DNA from: an uncultured Bacteroidales bacterium
GTDB lineage: Bacteria > Bacteroidota > Bacteroidia > Bacteroidales > P3
Direction of reading: 5' to 3'
NCBI GenBank assembly: GCA_910578275.1
Contig: CAJTPR010000005.1
Location: 109,030-173,029 of the forward strand
Length of the DNA stretch: 64,000 nucleotides
Shown: piece after piece, positions 1 through 10,917 of the stretch
Layout: every line of letters starts with the position of its first letter
How positions within the stretch are numbered: the first letter of the stretch is position 1
The notes under the pieces: model-generated
What the model was told of the DNA's origin: nothing
Database searches by the model: none
Seen by the model: only the letters and a program-made list of their open reading frames with translations
Made by a program: the position numbers and the translations under genes

Positions 1-611
1 ACCGGGCATATCGTGTTGCAATAGGTCCTGCCGTTTTTCCAGGCAAGGAAGACCAGGACCACGAACGTGAGGGCGGCCACGATGAACACGGGCAGGGACT
101 TGATCCATACGTCGATCCTGTAAAAGGCGTAACTGCCGATACGTTCGGACAGCCAGGCCAGGAAATTGTTGCCCCATTGCCAAAGGGGAGCGAACAGGTT
201 CTGGACGATGCGGCCGTAACTGCTGTAAGGCGCCAGCAAGGCCGCGAACGAGCCGATTCCGGCCGTCAGGGCCACGATGAACAAGGCCAGGACCGTGTAA
301 CGGAGCCAGTTCTTGGCAGGTGAATACGAAAAGCGGAACCTGTGTTTCTTGCGCCGGCCGCTTGTCCATGAAACGATGTCCTGGAACACGCCCAAGGGAC
401 AGACGACCGAGCAGTAGATGCGGCCGAACAGCAAGGTGGCCAGGACCAAGGCCGCGACGACGCCCGCGTTGAGCGCCAGCACGGCGGGCAGGAACTGGAT
501 TTTCGCGAGCCATCCGAACCAGACATGCAAGGTTCCCGTAAAATCGAGGAACAGCAACGTGATCAGGACAAAGGAGACGGCTGCCAGCGTAATTCTGATT
601 TTGCGTAACAT
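1..611 (-). CDS. 4Fe-4S-binding polytopic membrane protein (NapH/MauN-like polyferredoxin), N-terminal part; the gene runs off the left edge
   Basis: Absent from the ORF track because it has no stop in the window. My reverse-strand translation from the ATG (complement of 609-611) reads [26 protein letters not shown]...[19 protein letters not shown]...[10 protein letters not shown] and stays open to base 1. It has hydrophobic helices plus Cys-x3-CP motifs typical of this family. Confidence 0.55.
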   Translation of the reverse strand, partial: MLRKIRITLAAVSFVLITLLFLDFTGTLHVWFGWLAKIQFLPAVLALNAGVVAALVLATLLFGRIYCSVVCPLGVFQDIVSWTSGRRKKHRFRFSYSPAKNWLRYTVLALFIVALTAGIGSFAALLAPYSSYGRIVQNLFAPLWQWGNNFLAWLSERIGSYAFYRIDVWIKSLPVFIVAALTFVVLVFLAWKNGRTYCNTICP

Positions 612-795
612 GTTTCGAACTTGTGATGTTGAGTTGTGCGCAAATATAACGAATGGATTGGTTTGTCGGGGATTTTTCGTTCTAATCCCGGCAGGGTCCG
701 GGGAAATCGCCACGCCGGGAAAACCATGGATCCATGATGCCGGTCGTACGCTTTCTCCGCGGGCAATTTCAAAAATCCGTATCTTCGCGGGACTT

Positions 796-2583
796 ATGAA
801 GAATATCCGGAATTTTTGCATCATCGCCCATATCGACCATGGCAAGAGTACCTTGGCCGACAGGCTTTTGGAATATACCGGCACCGTGTCGGCGCGTGAA
901 TTGCAGGCGCAGGTGCTTGACGACATGGACCTGGAACGCGAGCGCGGCATCACCATCAAGAGCCATGCCATCCAGATGAAATACAAGCATGACGGGCAAG
1001 AGTACGTGCTCAACCTCATAGACACGCCGGGACATGTCGATTTCTCGTATGAGGTTTCGCGCTCCATCGCCGCCTGCGAAGGTGCCTTGTTGATCGTGGA
1101 CGCCACGCAAGGCATTCAGGCGCAAACCATTTCCAACCTCTACCTGGCCATGGAGAACGACCTGGCCATCATTCCCGTGCTCAACAAGATGGACCTTGCC
1201 AACGCCATGCCCGAGGAAGTGAAAGACCAGATCGTGGACCTGGTGGGTTGCCGCCGCGAAGACATCATGGCCGCCAGCGGAAAGACCGGACTTGGCGTGC
1301 CCGATCTGCTGCAAGCCATCGTCGAGCGCATTCCCGCTCCGGAGGGCAAGCCCGATGAACCTTTGCAAGCCCTCATCTTCGATTCGGTATTCAATTCCTT
1401 CAGGGGCATCATATCCTATTTCCGTATCGTCAACGGTACCTTGCGTAAGGGCGACAAGGTGAAATTCTTCCATACCGGCAAGGAATACGATGCCGAGGAA
1501 GTGGGCGTGCTCGGCTACAAGCCTATACCGTTGCAGGAAGTGAGCGCGGGAAACGTGGGCTATATCATTTCGGGCATCAAGACCTCGGCGGAGGTGAAGG
1601 TGGGCGATACGATAACCCATGTGGACAATCCTTGCAAGGCGGCCATCGACGGTTTCGAGAACGTGAAGCCCATGGTGTTCGCCGGCGTTTATCCGGTGAG
1701 CCCCGACGACTATGAGGATTTGCGGGCTTCCATCGAGAAACTGCAGCTCAACGACGCTTCGCTTACCTACGAACCCGAGTCTTCGGTGGCGTTGGGTTTC
1801 GGCTTCCGTTGCGGGTTCCTGGGCTTGTTGCACATGGAAATCATCCAGGAGCGCCTGGAACGCGAGTTCAACATGGATGTCATCACCACCGTTCCCAACG
1901 TTTCGTACAAGGTGACCACCACCAAGGGAGAGGAACTGGAAATCCACAATCCTTCGGGCTTGCCCGCGCCCAACTACGTCGACCACATAGACGAGCCCTA
2001 TATCCGCGCCCAGATCATCACCAAGGCGGAATTCGTGGGAGCCATCATGAAGCTTTGCATCGACAAGCGCGGCGTCCTCAAGAACCAGATCTATATCACT
2101 ACCGACCGTACCGAACTCACGTTCGAGATGCCTCTTTCCGAAATCGTGTTCGATTTTTACGACAGGCTCAAGAGCATATCGAAAGGCTATGCTTCGTTCG
2201 ACTATTACCCCTGCGGATACCAGCCTTCCAGGCTCGTGAAACTGGAAATCCTGCTCAACGGCGACACGGTGGACGCTCTTTCCACGCTCATTTACCAGGA
2301 CAACGCCTATGCGTTCGGGCGGAGGATGTGCGAGAAGCTGAAAGATCTTATTCCGCGCCAGCAGTTCGACATTGCCGTGCAGGCGGCGATCGGATCCAAG
2401 ATCATCGCCCGCGAAACCATCAAGGCCGTGCGCAAGGACGTGACGGCCAAATGCTACGGAGGAGACATCTCGCGCAAGCGCAAGTTGCTCGAAAAGCAGA
2501 AAGAAGGCAAGAAACGCATGCGTCAGGTAGGCAACGTGCAAGTGCCCCAGTCGGCGTTTCTGGCCGTGCTCAAACTGGATTAA
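796..2583 (+). CDS. lepA: Elongation factor 4 (LepA), translational GTPase
   Basis: [25 protein letters not shown]..., DTPGHVDF and NKMD GTPase motifs, with a LepA-type C-terminus. The track ORF starts at 418; I trimmed it to the ATG at 796, which gives the canonical N-terminus. Confidence 0.95.
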   Translation: MKNIRNFCIIAHIDHGKSTLADRLLEYTGTVSARELQAQVLDDMDLERERGITIKSHAIQMKYKHDGQEYVLNLIDTPGHVDFSYEVSRSIAACEGALLIVDATQGIQAQTISNLYLAMENDLAIIPVLNKMDLANAMPEEVKDQIVDLVGCRREDIMAASGKTGLGVPDLLQAIVERIPAPEGKPDEPLQALIFDSVFNSFRGIISYFRIVNGTLRKGDKVKFFHTGKEYDAEEVGVLGYKPIPLQEVSAGNVGYIISGIKTSAEVKVGDTITHVDNPCKAAIDGFENVKPMVFAGVYPVSPDDYEDLRASIEKLQLNDASLTYEPESSVALGFGFRCGFLGLLHMEIIQERLEREFNMDVITTVPNVSYKVTTTKGEELEIHNPSGLPAPNYVDHIDEPYIRAQIITKAEFVGAIMKLCIDKRGVLKNQIYITTDRTELTFEMPLSEIVFDFYDRLKSISKGYASFDYYPCGYQPSRLVKLEILLNGDTVDALSTLIYQDNAYAFGRRMCEKLKDLIPRQQFDIAVQAAIGSKIIARETIKAVRKDVTAKCYGGDISRKRKLLEKQKEGKKRMRQVGNVQVPQSAFLAVLKLD

Positions 2584-2585
2584 GC

Positions 2586-4649
2586 GTGAAAAGGCTGCTT
2601 CCGTTCGTGGAAAGGGACGAATGGCTCTGGCCCGTAGCCGATCGCATCGAACGTCGTCATGCCGCTTATCTCGATGCCAAGCGGAGGATTGAAAAGGAAT
2701 GGGGCGGTTTGTACGAATTCGCTTCCGCGCATCTTTATTTCGGATTGCATTATCACCAAGATACCGATACCTGGACTTTCCGGGAATGGCTCCCTCATGC
2801 CCGTCATGTATTCCTGACAGGGGATTTCAACGGCTGGGACCGGACTTCGCACGCGCTTGCTCCCTTGGAGGACGGTGTCTGGGAAATAAGGATACCTGGC
2901 GCTTCGGCAAAGGGGCTTGGTCACGGTTCGCGCTACAAGACCTACGTGCAGGATTGTGACGGGAACTGGCGGATGCGGCTTCCCGCTTATACTTTTTATG
3001 CCTTGCAAGACCAGACCGGCAAGGATTTTTCCGCTCTCGTATGGCGGCCTGAAAAGGCGTTTCGCTGGTCGGAGACGGGGGAAGAAGTTCGTCCCCGGGC
3101 CGATTTTTCGAAGCAAACGCCGTTGATTTACGAGGCTCACGTAGGCATGGCCCAGGAAAAGGAGGGGGTCGGAACCTACGCCGGGTTCACGAGGAACATA
3201 TTGCCTCGTATCAAGGATGCGGGCTACAACGTCGTCCAGCTTATGGGAATCGCCGAACATCCCTATTACGGAAGTTTCGGCTATCATGTGTCCAATTTCT
3301 TTGCGCCGTCTTCACGTTTCGGTACGCCCGACGAATTGAAAGGACTGGTGAAGACCGCGCACGAGATGGGACTTTTCGTGGTCATGGACGTCGTCCACGC
3401 GCATTTCGTGGCAAACATCGAGGAAGGACTGAACCGTCTGGACGGGAGCGACGACCTGTACAGTTACGGCGGCAGGGCGGGAACGCACCCTTATTGGGGT
3501 TCGCGCATGTTCAACTTCGGCCGTGACGAGGTAAGGCGTTTCCTGTTGTCGAACCTGCGTTATTGGTTGGAGGAATTCCATTTCGACGGATTCCGCTTCG
3601 ACGGCGTCACCGCCATGATTTACTTTCATCGCGGCTATGTGGACCATTTCGGCACGTATGCCAACTATTTCGGTGCGGAAGTAGATGAAAACGCGCTGAT
3701 TCATATTTCCTTGGCCAATGATTTGATCAGGGAGGCGTGTCCCGGGACGGGCTTGAGCATCGCCGAGGAAGTGAGCGGAATGCCGGGCATCACCGTGCCT
3801 ACCGGGGAAGGAGGTTTGGGTTTCGACTATCGTCTTTCGATGGGGATTCCCGATTTCTGGATCAAGCTCGTCAAGGAATTCAGGGACGAGGATTGGGTCA
3901 TGGGCGAACTTTGGCGGACGGTGACCGACAGGCTTGTGAACGTGCCGCAGATAGCCTATTGCGAAAGCCACGACCAGGCTTTGGTAGGCGACCAGACCTT
4001 GGCTTTCCGTCTGATGGGGGCTGAAATGTACACACGGATGTCGGTGGACTCGTCAAGCCCTGTCGTGGAAAGGGGAATGGCGTTGTTAAAGATGATTCGC
4101 CTGTTCAGCCTCTTTGCCGGAGCCGAGGGTGGAGGATACCTGAATTTCATGGGCAACGAGTTCGGTCATCCCGAGTGGATAGATTTTCCGCGGCCGGGCA
4201 ACGGACAATCCTATCGGTACGCCCGCCGTCAATGGAGCCTTGCGGACAACCCGCGATTGCGCTACAAGTTCCTGGCTGCTTTCGACAAGGCCATGCTGTG
4301 TTTGGCCCGAACCCTCGACTTGCGGTGTTGCCCTCCGGCAAGGCTGTTGTCGATCGACGAGGAAAACAAGACCTTGGCTTTCGGTCTGGACGGAACGCAC
4401 CTGTTCGTCTTCAACTGGCACGTCGATCGCAGCATCCCTGATTATGAGGTTCCCGTGGAGATTCCCGGCAAATACCGTTTGGTCTTGTGCAGCGATTCGG
4501 CTTGTTTCGGAGGTTTTTCGCGTGTGGACGAAGATGCCTTTTTCTTTACCCGTGACGACGCTTCGGGCAAGCCGCGTCTTTCGGTTTACAATGTGAACAG
4601 GGCTGCCCAGGTATTTGAGCGGGTGCGGGAGCAGGTCACCGAAGGGTGA
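2586..4649 (+). CDS. glgB: 1,4-alpha-glucan branching enzyme (GH13)
   Basis: In-frame GTG at 2586 gives (M)KRLLPFVERDEWLWPVADRIERRH..., followed by GDFNGWD, HPYYGSFGYHVSNFFA, FDGFRFDGVT and ESHDQALVGD, which are GH13 catalytic-region motifs. The 5' part of the track ORF (1809-2585) overlaps lepA and is not coding. Confidence 0.85.
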   Translation: MKRLLPFVERDEWLWPVADRIERRHAAYLDAKRRIEKEWGGLYEFASAHLYFGLHYHQDTDTWTFREWLPHARHVFLTGDFNGWDRTSHALAPLEDGVWEIRIPGASAKGLGHGSRYKTYVQDCDGNWRMRLPAYTFYALQDQTGKDFSALVWRPEKAFRWSETGEEVRPRADFSKQTPLIYEAHVGMAQEKEGVGTYAGFTRNILPRIKDAGYNVVQLMGIAEHPYYGSFGYHVSNFFAPSSRFGTPDELKGLVKTAHEMGLFVVMDVVHAHFVANIEEGLNRLDGSDDLYSYGGRAGTHPYWGSRMFNFGRDEVRRFLLSNLRYWLEEFHFDGFRFDGVTAMIYFHRGYVDHFGTYANYFGAEVDENALIHISLANDLIREACPGTGLSIAEEVSGMPGITVPTGEGGLGFDYRLSMGIPDFWIKLVKEFRDEDWVMGELWRTVTDRLVNVPQIAYCESHDQALVGDQTLAFRLMGAEMYTRMSVDSSSPVVERGMALLKMIRLFSLFAGAEGGGYLNFMGNEFGHPEWIDFPRPGNGQSYRYARRQWSLADNPRLRYKFLAAFDKAMLCLARTLDLRCCPPARLLSIDEENKTLAFGLDGTHLFVFNWHVDRSIPDYEVPVEIPGKYRLVLCSDSACFGGFSRVDEDAFFFTRDDASGKPRLSVYNVNRAAQVFERVREQVTEG

Positions 4650-4663
4650 GGGCGGGCTCGGCA

Positions 4664-6331
4664 TTAGTTCCTTCTTGCGCGGTCCAATGCCTGCGGGAAG
4701 CAGCCGTAGATGACCGTGAGAAGCAGCAAGAACAGCGAGAACGTCAGGCAATAACGTCCCAATATGTCTCCGTGACGGGAGTAGAACGTCAGTTTTTCGT
4801 TGGCCCGCAGCACGCTCCTTATGCAATCGGGTTGTCCGTATCCGGTGGCTTGGAACACCTTGCCTTTCTGGTCGATGAAGCATGAAATGCCGGTATTGGC
4901 CGAACGGGCCACGTCGCGGCGGTTCTCGATGGCACGCAACCTTGCGTAGGCGGCGTGTTGGCGGTGTCCGGGCGAATCTTTCCACCAGCCGTCGTTGGTC
5001 GATACGAAGAGCAGGCGTGCGCCTTTGCGCACGTTCCATGCCACGTAGCCGCCAAAGACGGATTCATAGCAGATGATGTCCGAAAACGGAATCGGGTCTT
5101 TGAACACCATCGGTTCGGGATCCACGCCCAGCGTGCCCGTGGTGCCTCCCAGGTCGATGGCCAGTTTTTCCAGGAAACCCAGATGCTTGGCAAACGGCAT
5201 GATTTCCACACCCGGAGTGAGTTTCGACTTGTGATAGATCGGAATGTCCGTGTTCCGTCCGGCACTTATGACGATGGCCGAGTTATGCGCCCGGTAGAAT
5301 TTCAGGTACGGGTCGTCGGTCCAGCGGGAACGTCTGACGCCGGCTTGCGCCGAATCCTGCGGCGCCACTCTCGAATAGGAAGATATTCCCGCCACTACCT
5401 TTGCCTGCGGCCAGTTTTCCAGGAACCTTTGAATCCGGATGACGGACGGGCATAGGTCTATCTCGTCTTCTTGGATGTTTTCCTGCAGCATGCTTTCGGG
5501 CGTCACCACGAAACGGGTCTGCGGCGTGATTTTTCCGGAAGTCAACGTAAGCATGCGCGTGGCGGCATCCTGGGCGGAAATGCTGAATTGTTCGAGGTAG
5601 GGATCGATATTGGGTTGAACCACCACCACCTCGACGGGTTCCCCTTGCGGTTCGTAGATGGCGTGGCGCAGGAGCGAAATCGCTGCGGGAACCAGCAGGA
5701 CGCAACAGGCGGCCACGGCCGGACGTACGGGAAAGGCCTTGCGGGTCGACCATGCCTTTATCCAATGGAAAACGAGCACGTTGCTGGCCAATATCCATAA
5801 GCTTCCGCCCAATACGCCCGTCACCTCGTACCATTGGACCAGACGGGGGCAGTTGGCGAAGGCGTTGCCGAGCGTGAGCCAAGGCCAGGAAACGTCCCAA
5901 TTATGGTGAAAATGCTCGAAACCTATCCAATAGGCCATGAACAGGAGCCAGCGGTTCCCGTTCCTTTCCTTGGTAATCTTCACGAATATGTTGCGGCTTC
6001 CCACGTGAAAGAGCGTGAAGACGCAGGCCATCAACAAGGCATTGAGCGTGACGGCCAGTATCGCCGCCGGCGTGGAATACCATATCCACCATGTCACAAG
6101 GATGTTCCAGGTCAAGAAGGTGAGATACGAATAGCCGGGCACATGGTATCGTGTGCGATATTTCTTGGGAAGGCTCGATTGCGCCAGTTGCCTTGTCAAC
6201 ACGAAATCCTCCACCCAAAAGAGGGGGACGAGCGCGACGAGCGCGAGCGGGGCGAAGCCTCGTGCCGGCCAGGAAAGGGCGAGCAATACGCCGCTCAAGG
6301 CCGAAAGAAGCCAAAGGTGTCTCTTTTTCAT
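4664..6331 (-). CDS. lnt: Apolipoprotein N-acyltransferase
   Basis: 555 aa. Multi-helix N-terminus (MKKRHLWLLSALSGVLLALSWP...) followed by a CN-hydrolase-like domain (VVVVQPNIDPY..., ICYESVFG). Confidence 0.85.
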   Translation of the reverse strand: MKKRHLWLLSALSGVLLALSWPARGFAPLALVALVPLFWVEDFVLTRQLAQSSLPKKYRTRYHVPGYSYLTFLTWNILVTWWIWYSTPAAILAVTLNALLMACVFTLFHVGSRNIFVKITKERNGNRWLLFMAYWIGFEHFHHNWDVSWPWLTLGNAFANCPRLVQWYEVTGVLGGSLWILASNVLVFHWIKAWSTRKAFPVRPAVAACCVLLVPAAISLLRHAIYEPQGEPVEVVVVQPNIDPYLEQFSISAQDAATRMLTLTSGKITPQTRFVVTPESMLQENIQEDEIDLCPSVIRIQRFLENWPQAKVVAGISSYSRVAPQDSAQAGVRRSRWTDDPYLKFYRAHNSAIVISAGRNTDIPIYHKSKLTPGVEIMPFAKHLGFLEKLAIDLGGTTGTLGVDPEPMVFKDPIPFSDIICYESVFGGYVAWNVRKGARLLFVSTNDGWWKDSPGHRQHAAYARLRAIENRRDVARSANTGISCFIDQKGKVFQATGYGQPDCIRSVLRANEKLTFYSRHGDILGRYCLTFSLFLLLLTVIYGCFPQALDRARRN

Positions 6332-6427
6332 TCCTCGGACAAACTATCCGCAAAGATAGGGATATGGATTAATATTCGTATCTTCACCCGCCCTTTGGGT
6401 ATAGACGTTCAAATTAATGACGAGGAC

Positions 6428-9400
6428 ATGAAAGCACGCTGCCTTTGGATGGCCGTTTTCGCGGCATTTTTCCCGGTATCCGTCCGGGCGCAGACCGGAC
6501 AAGGAATCGCGGTGAACCCGAAATCGGAAACCTTGCTGGAAATGGTTTCCGGCACCGAATACGGGTTGGAATTCCGTAACCGATTGGGCGGAATAGACGA
6601 GGCGGCCTGTTTTTCAGTGCCGCAGGGAGCCTATTCCACGGCCTCCGTGGCCGGGATACCCCGGCAGTTCACCACGTTGTCCGTCCGCGGCTATGCGTTT
6701 ACGAACAAGGCGGGTCGTCCCATGTTGCCGGTGCGCGTGGAAATGATCGAGGTGCCGCAAGGGGCGGTGCCGCGCGTGGTCTATGGCAAGACGGCCTACA
6801 AGGACGTCGACCTGGCAAAAGCGGGTTATCCGCAGCCGTTATATCCCGCCCAGCCGCCCGTAAGCAAGAGTGCCGGGCGGACTCCCGATTTCGTGTACGA
6901 CGTGGAGGCTTATCGCGCCGACGGATTCTTTGCCGACGAGCAAGACGAGGAATTGGTGGAAGTGGAGGTTTTGGGCGAGATGCGGGGCACCCGTATCGCG
7001 AAGATATTGGTGAAGCCGTTCCGATACAATGCGGCCAGGCATATGCTGCGCGTGTATACCACGCTCGACTTTGAAATCGTGTTCGACCATGCCGACTGGC
7101 AGTCCACTTACGAGAAGCAAAGACGCTACGCTTCGCCGGCTTTCGGTTTCTTGCGCGGCGAACTGGCCAACCCCTCCAAGGCCGCGATCCACGAGCGGCC
7201 GCTGCGCTACGTGATCGTCGCCGACCCCATGTTCAAGGATTCCTTGCAGAAGTTCGTGGACTGGAAGACCCGTTTCGGCTTTGAAGTCGTGCAGGCCTAT
7301 ACGGATGAGCCCGAAGTGGGCAAGACGGCATCCTCCATTCGCGCCTACCTCAAGAAACTTTACGATGAAGCCACGTCGGAAGCCCCCGCACCGTCTTACG
7401 TGCTCTTCGTGGGAGACCTGGCGCAGGTTCCTACCCAGACTTACGGGAAAAACGATTGGTCCGGGAGCGGCAAGCATTATTCCGACCTGTATTTGTGCGA
7501 ATATACCGGCGACCATTTTCCCGAAGTGCAGTATGGCCGTATGTCGGCCACCACGGTGGAAGAACTGATGCCGCAGATTGACAAGCTCATCCACATGGAA
7601 AGCCTTTCGCCCGGGCACGCCGCTTTCCTGGACACGGCCGTGGCGATTGCCGGCAGCGATGACGGTCGATTCGACGATACCCACCTCAATCCTACGATCA
7701 ATTACATCTGCTCGTATTATCTCAAGGATACGCTGCAAAGGCATACCTACAAATATCTTGCACCTGAATCGAGTTGGAAGTCCGACGACATCTTGCGCCG
7801 TTTCAACGACGGGCTTTCCTTTATCCTTTATACGGCTCATGGCGATTATGACGGCTGGTCGGATCCGAGCGTGAACGTGTCGGACGTGAACACGATGACC
7901 AACAAGGGCAAGTATCCGTTGGCCATCGGAAATTGCTGCCTTACGGGCAAGTTCGACATGAGCACCTGCTACGGGGAGGCCTTGTTGCGCAAGAAAGACG
8001 CCGGCGCGGTGGGGTATATCGGTGCTTCCGACGTGACTTATTTCGACCAGGACGTCTATTGGGCGATCGGTTATACCGAGCGTATCGCCAAAGGCGTGGT
8101 GCAGACTTACGAGAAGACGGAACTTGGCGCGTTCGATGCCCTCCACCATACGCATGGCGAGGCGTATGAAGACTGGGCGTTGACCGCCTACGAGATCGTC
8201 CATGCGGGCAACATGGCCGTCCAGCGCGCCAATCAGGACCTCGAGGACTATTACTGGGAAGTCTATCACGTTTTCGGAGATCCCTCCTATATGCCTTACT
8301 TGCACGGAGCGGATTATCCGCAAGCCGATTACAGGGATGAATTGATGGTGGGTGAAACGTCCTTTTCCATCCAGACCGTTCCCTACGCCCGGGTGACGAT
8401 AAGCAAGGACGGTGAAATCCTGGGATTCGCCATGGCCGATCCGCATGGTTCCGCCGAAGTGCCCTTGCATGGATTGGATGAGCCGGGAGAATACGACTTG
8501 GTCGTGGCCGCACAGGGCCATCTGCCCTTGCATGCCAAGTTGAACGTGCTGGTGCCGGAGGGAAAATACGTCATCGTGGCCGCTTCCCAGTGGCTGGATG
8601 TCGAAGAAAAGCCGGTGAAAAGCGTCCTTTACGGTGAAACCTACAAGCTTCGCCTTTCCTTGCGCAACGTGGGCGAGGAAACGGTCGGCAAGGTGGAAGC
8701 GGACCTCTTTTCCGATGACCGCTACCTGACGGTGGAAGACGGCCGGTACACGTTGACGACCCCGCTTCAAGCCGGTGAAGAAAAAGTCCTGGATCATTCT
8801 TTCGTCATGAAAGTCGGTACCCATGTCCCGAACAACCATAGGCTTGCCTATGGCGTGCGCCTCGTACTCGACGATACAAGCCAAGAGGCGTCGACCAGGG
8901 AATTCCACGTAAGGGCGGAGGCTCCCGAATTGAAAGTGGTCGCCTTCCGGATAGACGATTCGTCGGGAAGCAAGCCCAACGGCGTCCTTGACAACGGTGA
9001 AACGGTGAAAGGCACGATACAAGTCATGAACATGAGCCGGATCAAGGCTTCCGACGTGAAGGTGAAGGTTTCCTCTTCGTCCGATTTCCTGATCCTGCCC
9101 GACGAGGAAATGGAATTGGGCGACCTGGACGGACAGCAAGGCAAGGAACTTTCCTTTTCGTACGGTGCCCGGCAGGCCGGCGTGTATTATGCTTTCTATT
9201 GGTTGGATTTCACGTTCGAGTCGAAGGGCCGCACGAGCAAGGACAGCGTGCGCTCGTACATCGAGCCGGTGGTGGAGACGTTCGAGAGCGGGGATTTCAC
9301 GTTCGTGGATTGGGACAAGTCTTCGGATTGGGAAATAGACGGGAACAAGTTTCATGGCGGAAAGTTCAGCGCTGCCAGCAAGACCATCGCCGATAACGAA

Positions 9401-9997
9401 AGCAGCAGTTTGAAAATCAACGTGAACGTGCCTGTAAACGACAGGGTGGGCTTTTATTACCTTACTTCATCCGAGGTATTGCACGATGTCTTGGGCGATT
9501 TCCTTGAATTTTACATAGACGGGAAGCGTCAGGGGCGTTGGGCGGGAGAAACCGCGGCCTGGGGATATGCCGAATACCCCTTGGCGGCAGGGCCGCATAC
9601 GTTGGAGTGGAGATACAAGAAAGATGCTTCCGACGCCCAAGGCGCGGACAAGGTATGGATAGACGACGTGCGTCTTCCCGTCGGCACGCATGCCCCCGTA
9701 GGCGTGGCCAACGAAGACAGGCAGGGAGAGGGTGGAAACGAGGGCTTTTTGCGTTCCGTCTCGTATGCGGAGGGGACGTTGCGGGTGGCTTACGATACGG
9801 ACAAGCCTAGGACCGGTTCGCTGTATGTGGTGGATGTCAACGGGCGACGCTTGAAGACCCTGGCCAAGGCCTGGCAGGTACAAGGGCGGGGCCAGGCTGA
9901 TCTTGTCCTGGGAAAGGTTCCTGCGGGCGTGTATCTCCTGGTGTTTGAAAACGCGAAGGAAACACCCCGTGCCATGAAGTTCGTCGTGTTCCGGTAG
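6428..9997 (+). CDS. Peptidase C25 (gingipain-family cysteine peptidase) with a T9SS C-terminal sorting domain
   Basis: Signal peptide MKARCLWMAVFAAFFPVSVRAQ from the ATG at 6428. C25-like core (YVIVADPMFKDSL, YVLFVGDLAQVPT, ILYTAHGDYDGW, IGNCCLTGKFD). The last ~70 aa (GSLYVVDVNGRRLKTL...GVYLLVFENAKETPRAMKFVVFR) look like a T9SS type-A CTD. Confidence 0.8.
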   Translation: MKARCLWMAVFAAFFPVSVRAQTGQGIAVNPKSETLLEMVSGTEYGLEFRNRLGGIDEAACFSVPQGAYSTASVAGIPRQFTTLSVRGYAFTNKAGRPMLPVRVEMIEVPQGAVPRVVYGKTAYKDVDLAKAGYPQPLYPAQPPVSKSAGRTPDFVYDVEAYRADGFFADEQDEELVEVEVLGEMRGTRIAKILVKPFRYNAARHMLRVYTTLDFEIVFDHADWQSTYEKQRRYASPAFGFLRGELANPSKAAIHERPLRYVIVADPMFKDSLQKFVDWKTRFGFEVVQAYTDEPEVGKTASSIRAYLKKLYDEATSEAPAPSYVLFVGDLAQVPTQTYGKNDWSGSGKHYSDLYLCEYTGDHFPEVQYGRMSATTVEELMPQIDKLIHMESLSPGHAAFLDTAVAIAGSDDGRFDDTHLNPTINYICSYYLKDTLQRHTYKYLAPESSWKSDDILRRFNDGLSFILYTAHGDYDGWSDPSVNVSDVNTMTNKGKYPLAIGNCCLTGKFDMSTCYGEALLRKKDAGAVGYIGASDVTYFDQDVYWAIGYTERIAKGVVQTYEKTELGAFDALHHTHGEAYEDWALTAYEIVHAGNMAVQRANQDLEDYYWEVYHVFGDPSYMPYLHGADYPQADYRDELMVGETSFSIQTVPYARVTISKDGEILGFAMADPHGSAEVPLHGLDEPGEYDLVVAAQGHLPLHAKLNVLVPEGKYVIVAASQWLDVEEKPVKSVLYGETYKLRLSLRNVGEETVGKVEADLFSDDRYLTVEDGRYTLTTPLQAGEEKVLDHSFVMKVGTHVPNNHRLAYGVRLVLDDTSQEASTREFHVRAEAPELKVVAFRIDDSSGSKPNGVLDNGETVKGTIQVMNMSRIKASDVKVKVSSSSDFLILPDEEMELGDLDGQQGKELSFSYGARQAGVYYAFYWLDFTFESKGRTSKDSVRSYIEPVVETFESGDFTFVDWDKSSDWEIDGNKFHGGKFSAASKTIADNESSSLKINVNVPVNDRVGFYYLTSSEVLHDVLGDFLEFYIDGKRQGRWAGETAAWGYAEYPLAAGPHTLEWRYKKDASDAQGADKVWIDDVRLPVGTHAPVGVANEDRQGEGGNEGFLRSVSYAEGTLRVAYDTDKPRTGSLYVVDVNGRRLKTLAKAWQVQGRGQADLVLGKVPAGVYLLVFENAKETPRAMKFVVFR

Positions 9998-10025
9998 CCT
10001 GTTTCAGAGGCGAGGTATAATTTCG

Positions 10026-10033
10026 TACCTTTG
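10026..10033 (+). promoter_or_regulatory. Bacteroidetes -7 promoter box (TAnnTTTG) for sdhCAB
   Basis: TACCTTTG, a perfect match to the established Bacteroides sigma-AB -7 consensus, 33 nt upstream of the ATG at 10066. Confidence 0.5.
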
Positions 10034-10065
10034 CCGCTCCGACAACGAAATAAAACAACACAGAT

Positions 10066-10896
10066 ATGTCGCACTTTAAGAAGTTCGCCTCGGTGACGCA
10101 GAAGATAACCCTGGCGATTTTTGGCAGTTTCTTGATGCTCTTTTTGTTGGTGCATGCCGGCCTTAATCTTTGCCTGCTGCGCGCCGACGGAGGCGAGTGG
10201 TATCGCGCCGCCGCCCATTTCATGGGGACCAACTATATCGTGAAGGTGTTCGAGGTGGTGCTCTTTGCCGCCTTGTTCCTGCATGTGCTGTTGGGAATCA
10301 TCCTTCAGTGGCAGAATTGGAAAGCGCGTCCGATACGTTACAAGGTACCCAACAAATCGGCTACCGCTCCCGGTTCCAAGTTCATGATTTACACCGGATT
10401 GTTGGTAGCTATCTTTTTGGTTGTCCATCTGATGAACTTCTATTTCGTCAAGATGGACTGGGTGGAAGGCAAGTATATGGTGGAAATCGAAGATGTCCAG
10501 AAAGCCGATCCCGTCCATGTGCAGGAGCACATGGAGAAGGTGCTGGAACTTTTCCAGGACGAGGCCCAAGCCGACAATCCTTTCAAGGAAGTGGCCACGG
10601 GCATTTCGAAGGCCGACCTGGTGGAAGCTTTCGGACCCGGATTCAGCGCGTATGAGCCTGATTTCTATACCATGGCCCAAGGGTTGTTCAACAATCCGGC
10701 CTATCTGGTGCTTTACCTGTTGCTGATTCTGGCCTTGGGTGTCCATTTGGTGCACGCGTTCCCTTCGGCCTTGCATACGCTCGGCCTGAACGGGCCTTGC
10801 TACGACAAGCCCGTCAAACGGATAGGCGCCATATATGCCGTAGTGGTGGTGCTCATGTTCTGGGCGGTGGCCATAGGCTTGAACCTTCTTTACTAA
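10066..10896 (+). CDS. sdhC: Succinate dehydrogenase/fumarate reductase cytochrome b subunit
   Basis: 276 aa polytopic membrane protein (MSHFKKFASVTQKITLAIFGSFLMLFLLVHAGLN...) immediately upstream of the flavoprotein and Fe-S subunits. Confidence 0.85.
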   Translation: MSHFKKFASVTQKITLAIFGSFLMLFLLVHAGLNLCLLRADGGEWYRAAAHFMGTNYIVKVFEVVLFAALFLHVLLGIILQWQNWKARPIRYKVPNKSATAPGSKFMIYTGLLVAIFLVVHLMNFYFVKMDWVEGKYMVEIEDVQKADPVHVQEHMEKVLELFQDEAQADNPFKEVATGISKADLVEAFGPGFSAYEPDFYTMAQGLFNNPAYLVLYLLLILALGVHLVHAFPSALHTLGLNGPCYDKPVKRIGAIYAVVVVLMFWAVAIGLNLLY

Positions 10897-10917
10897 CCGA
10901 AAAAAACGCAACGACAT

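Noticed and set aside
418-795. Long 5' extensions of the track ORFs for lepA (418), glgB (1809), the C25 peptidase (5834), the 24366 gene (23985), the R-M-S enzyme (52633) and others.
   Set aside because: The extensions overlap upstream genes or terminators and lack homology. Internal starts give canonical N-termini, signal peptides or lipoboxes.
769-2541. A 590-aa minus-strand ORF opposite lepA. Similar shadows occur at 6839-9355, 29702-31318, 31315-33162, 36732-38702, 41957-43852, 47276-48505 and 59830-60624.
   Set aside because: Each is antisense to a confidently identified gene and has no family resemblance. They are GC-driven shadow ORFs.
10003-10040. Apparent weak copy of the repeat-family core after the C25 peptidase gene (CAGAGG...CTTTGCCG...GAAATAAAAC).
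   Set aside because: Only the short ends match and the central hairpin is not conserved. The CTTTGCC part is better explained as the sdhC -7 promoter box TACCTTTG.
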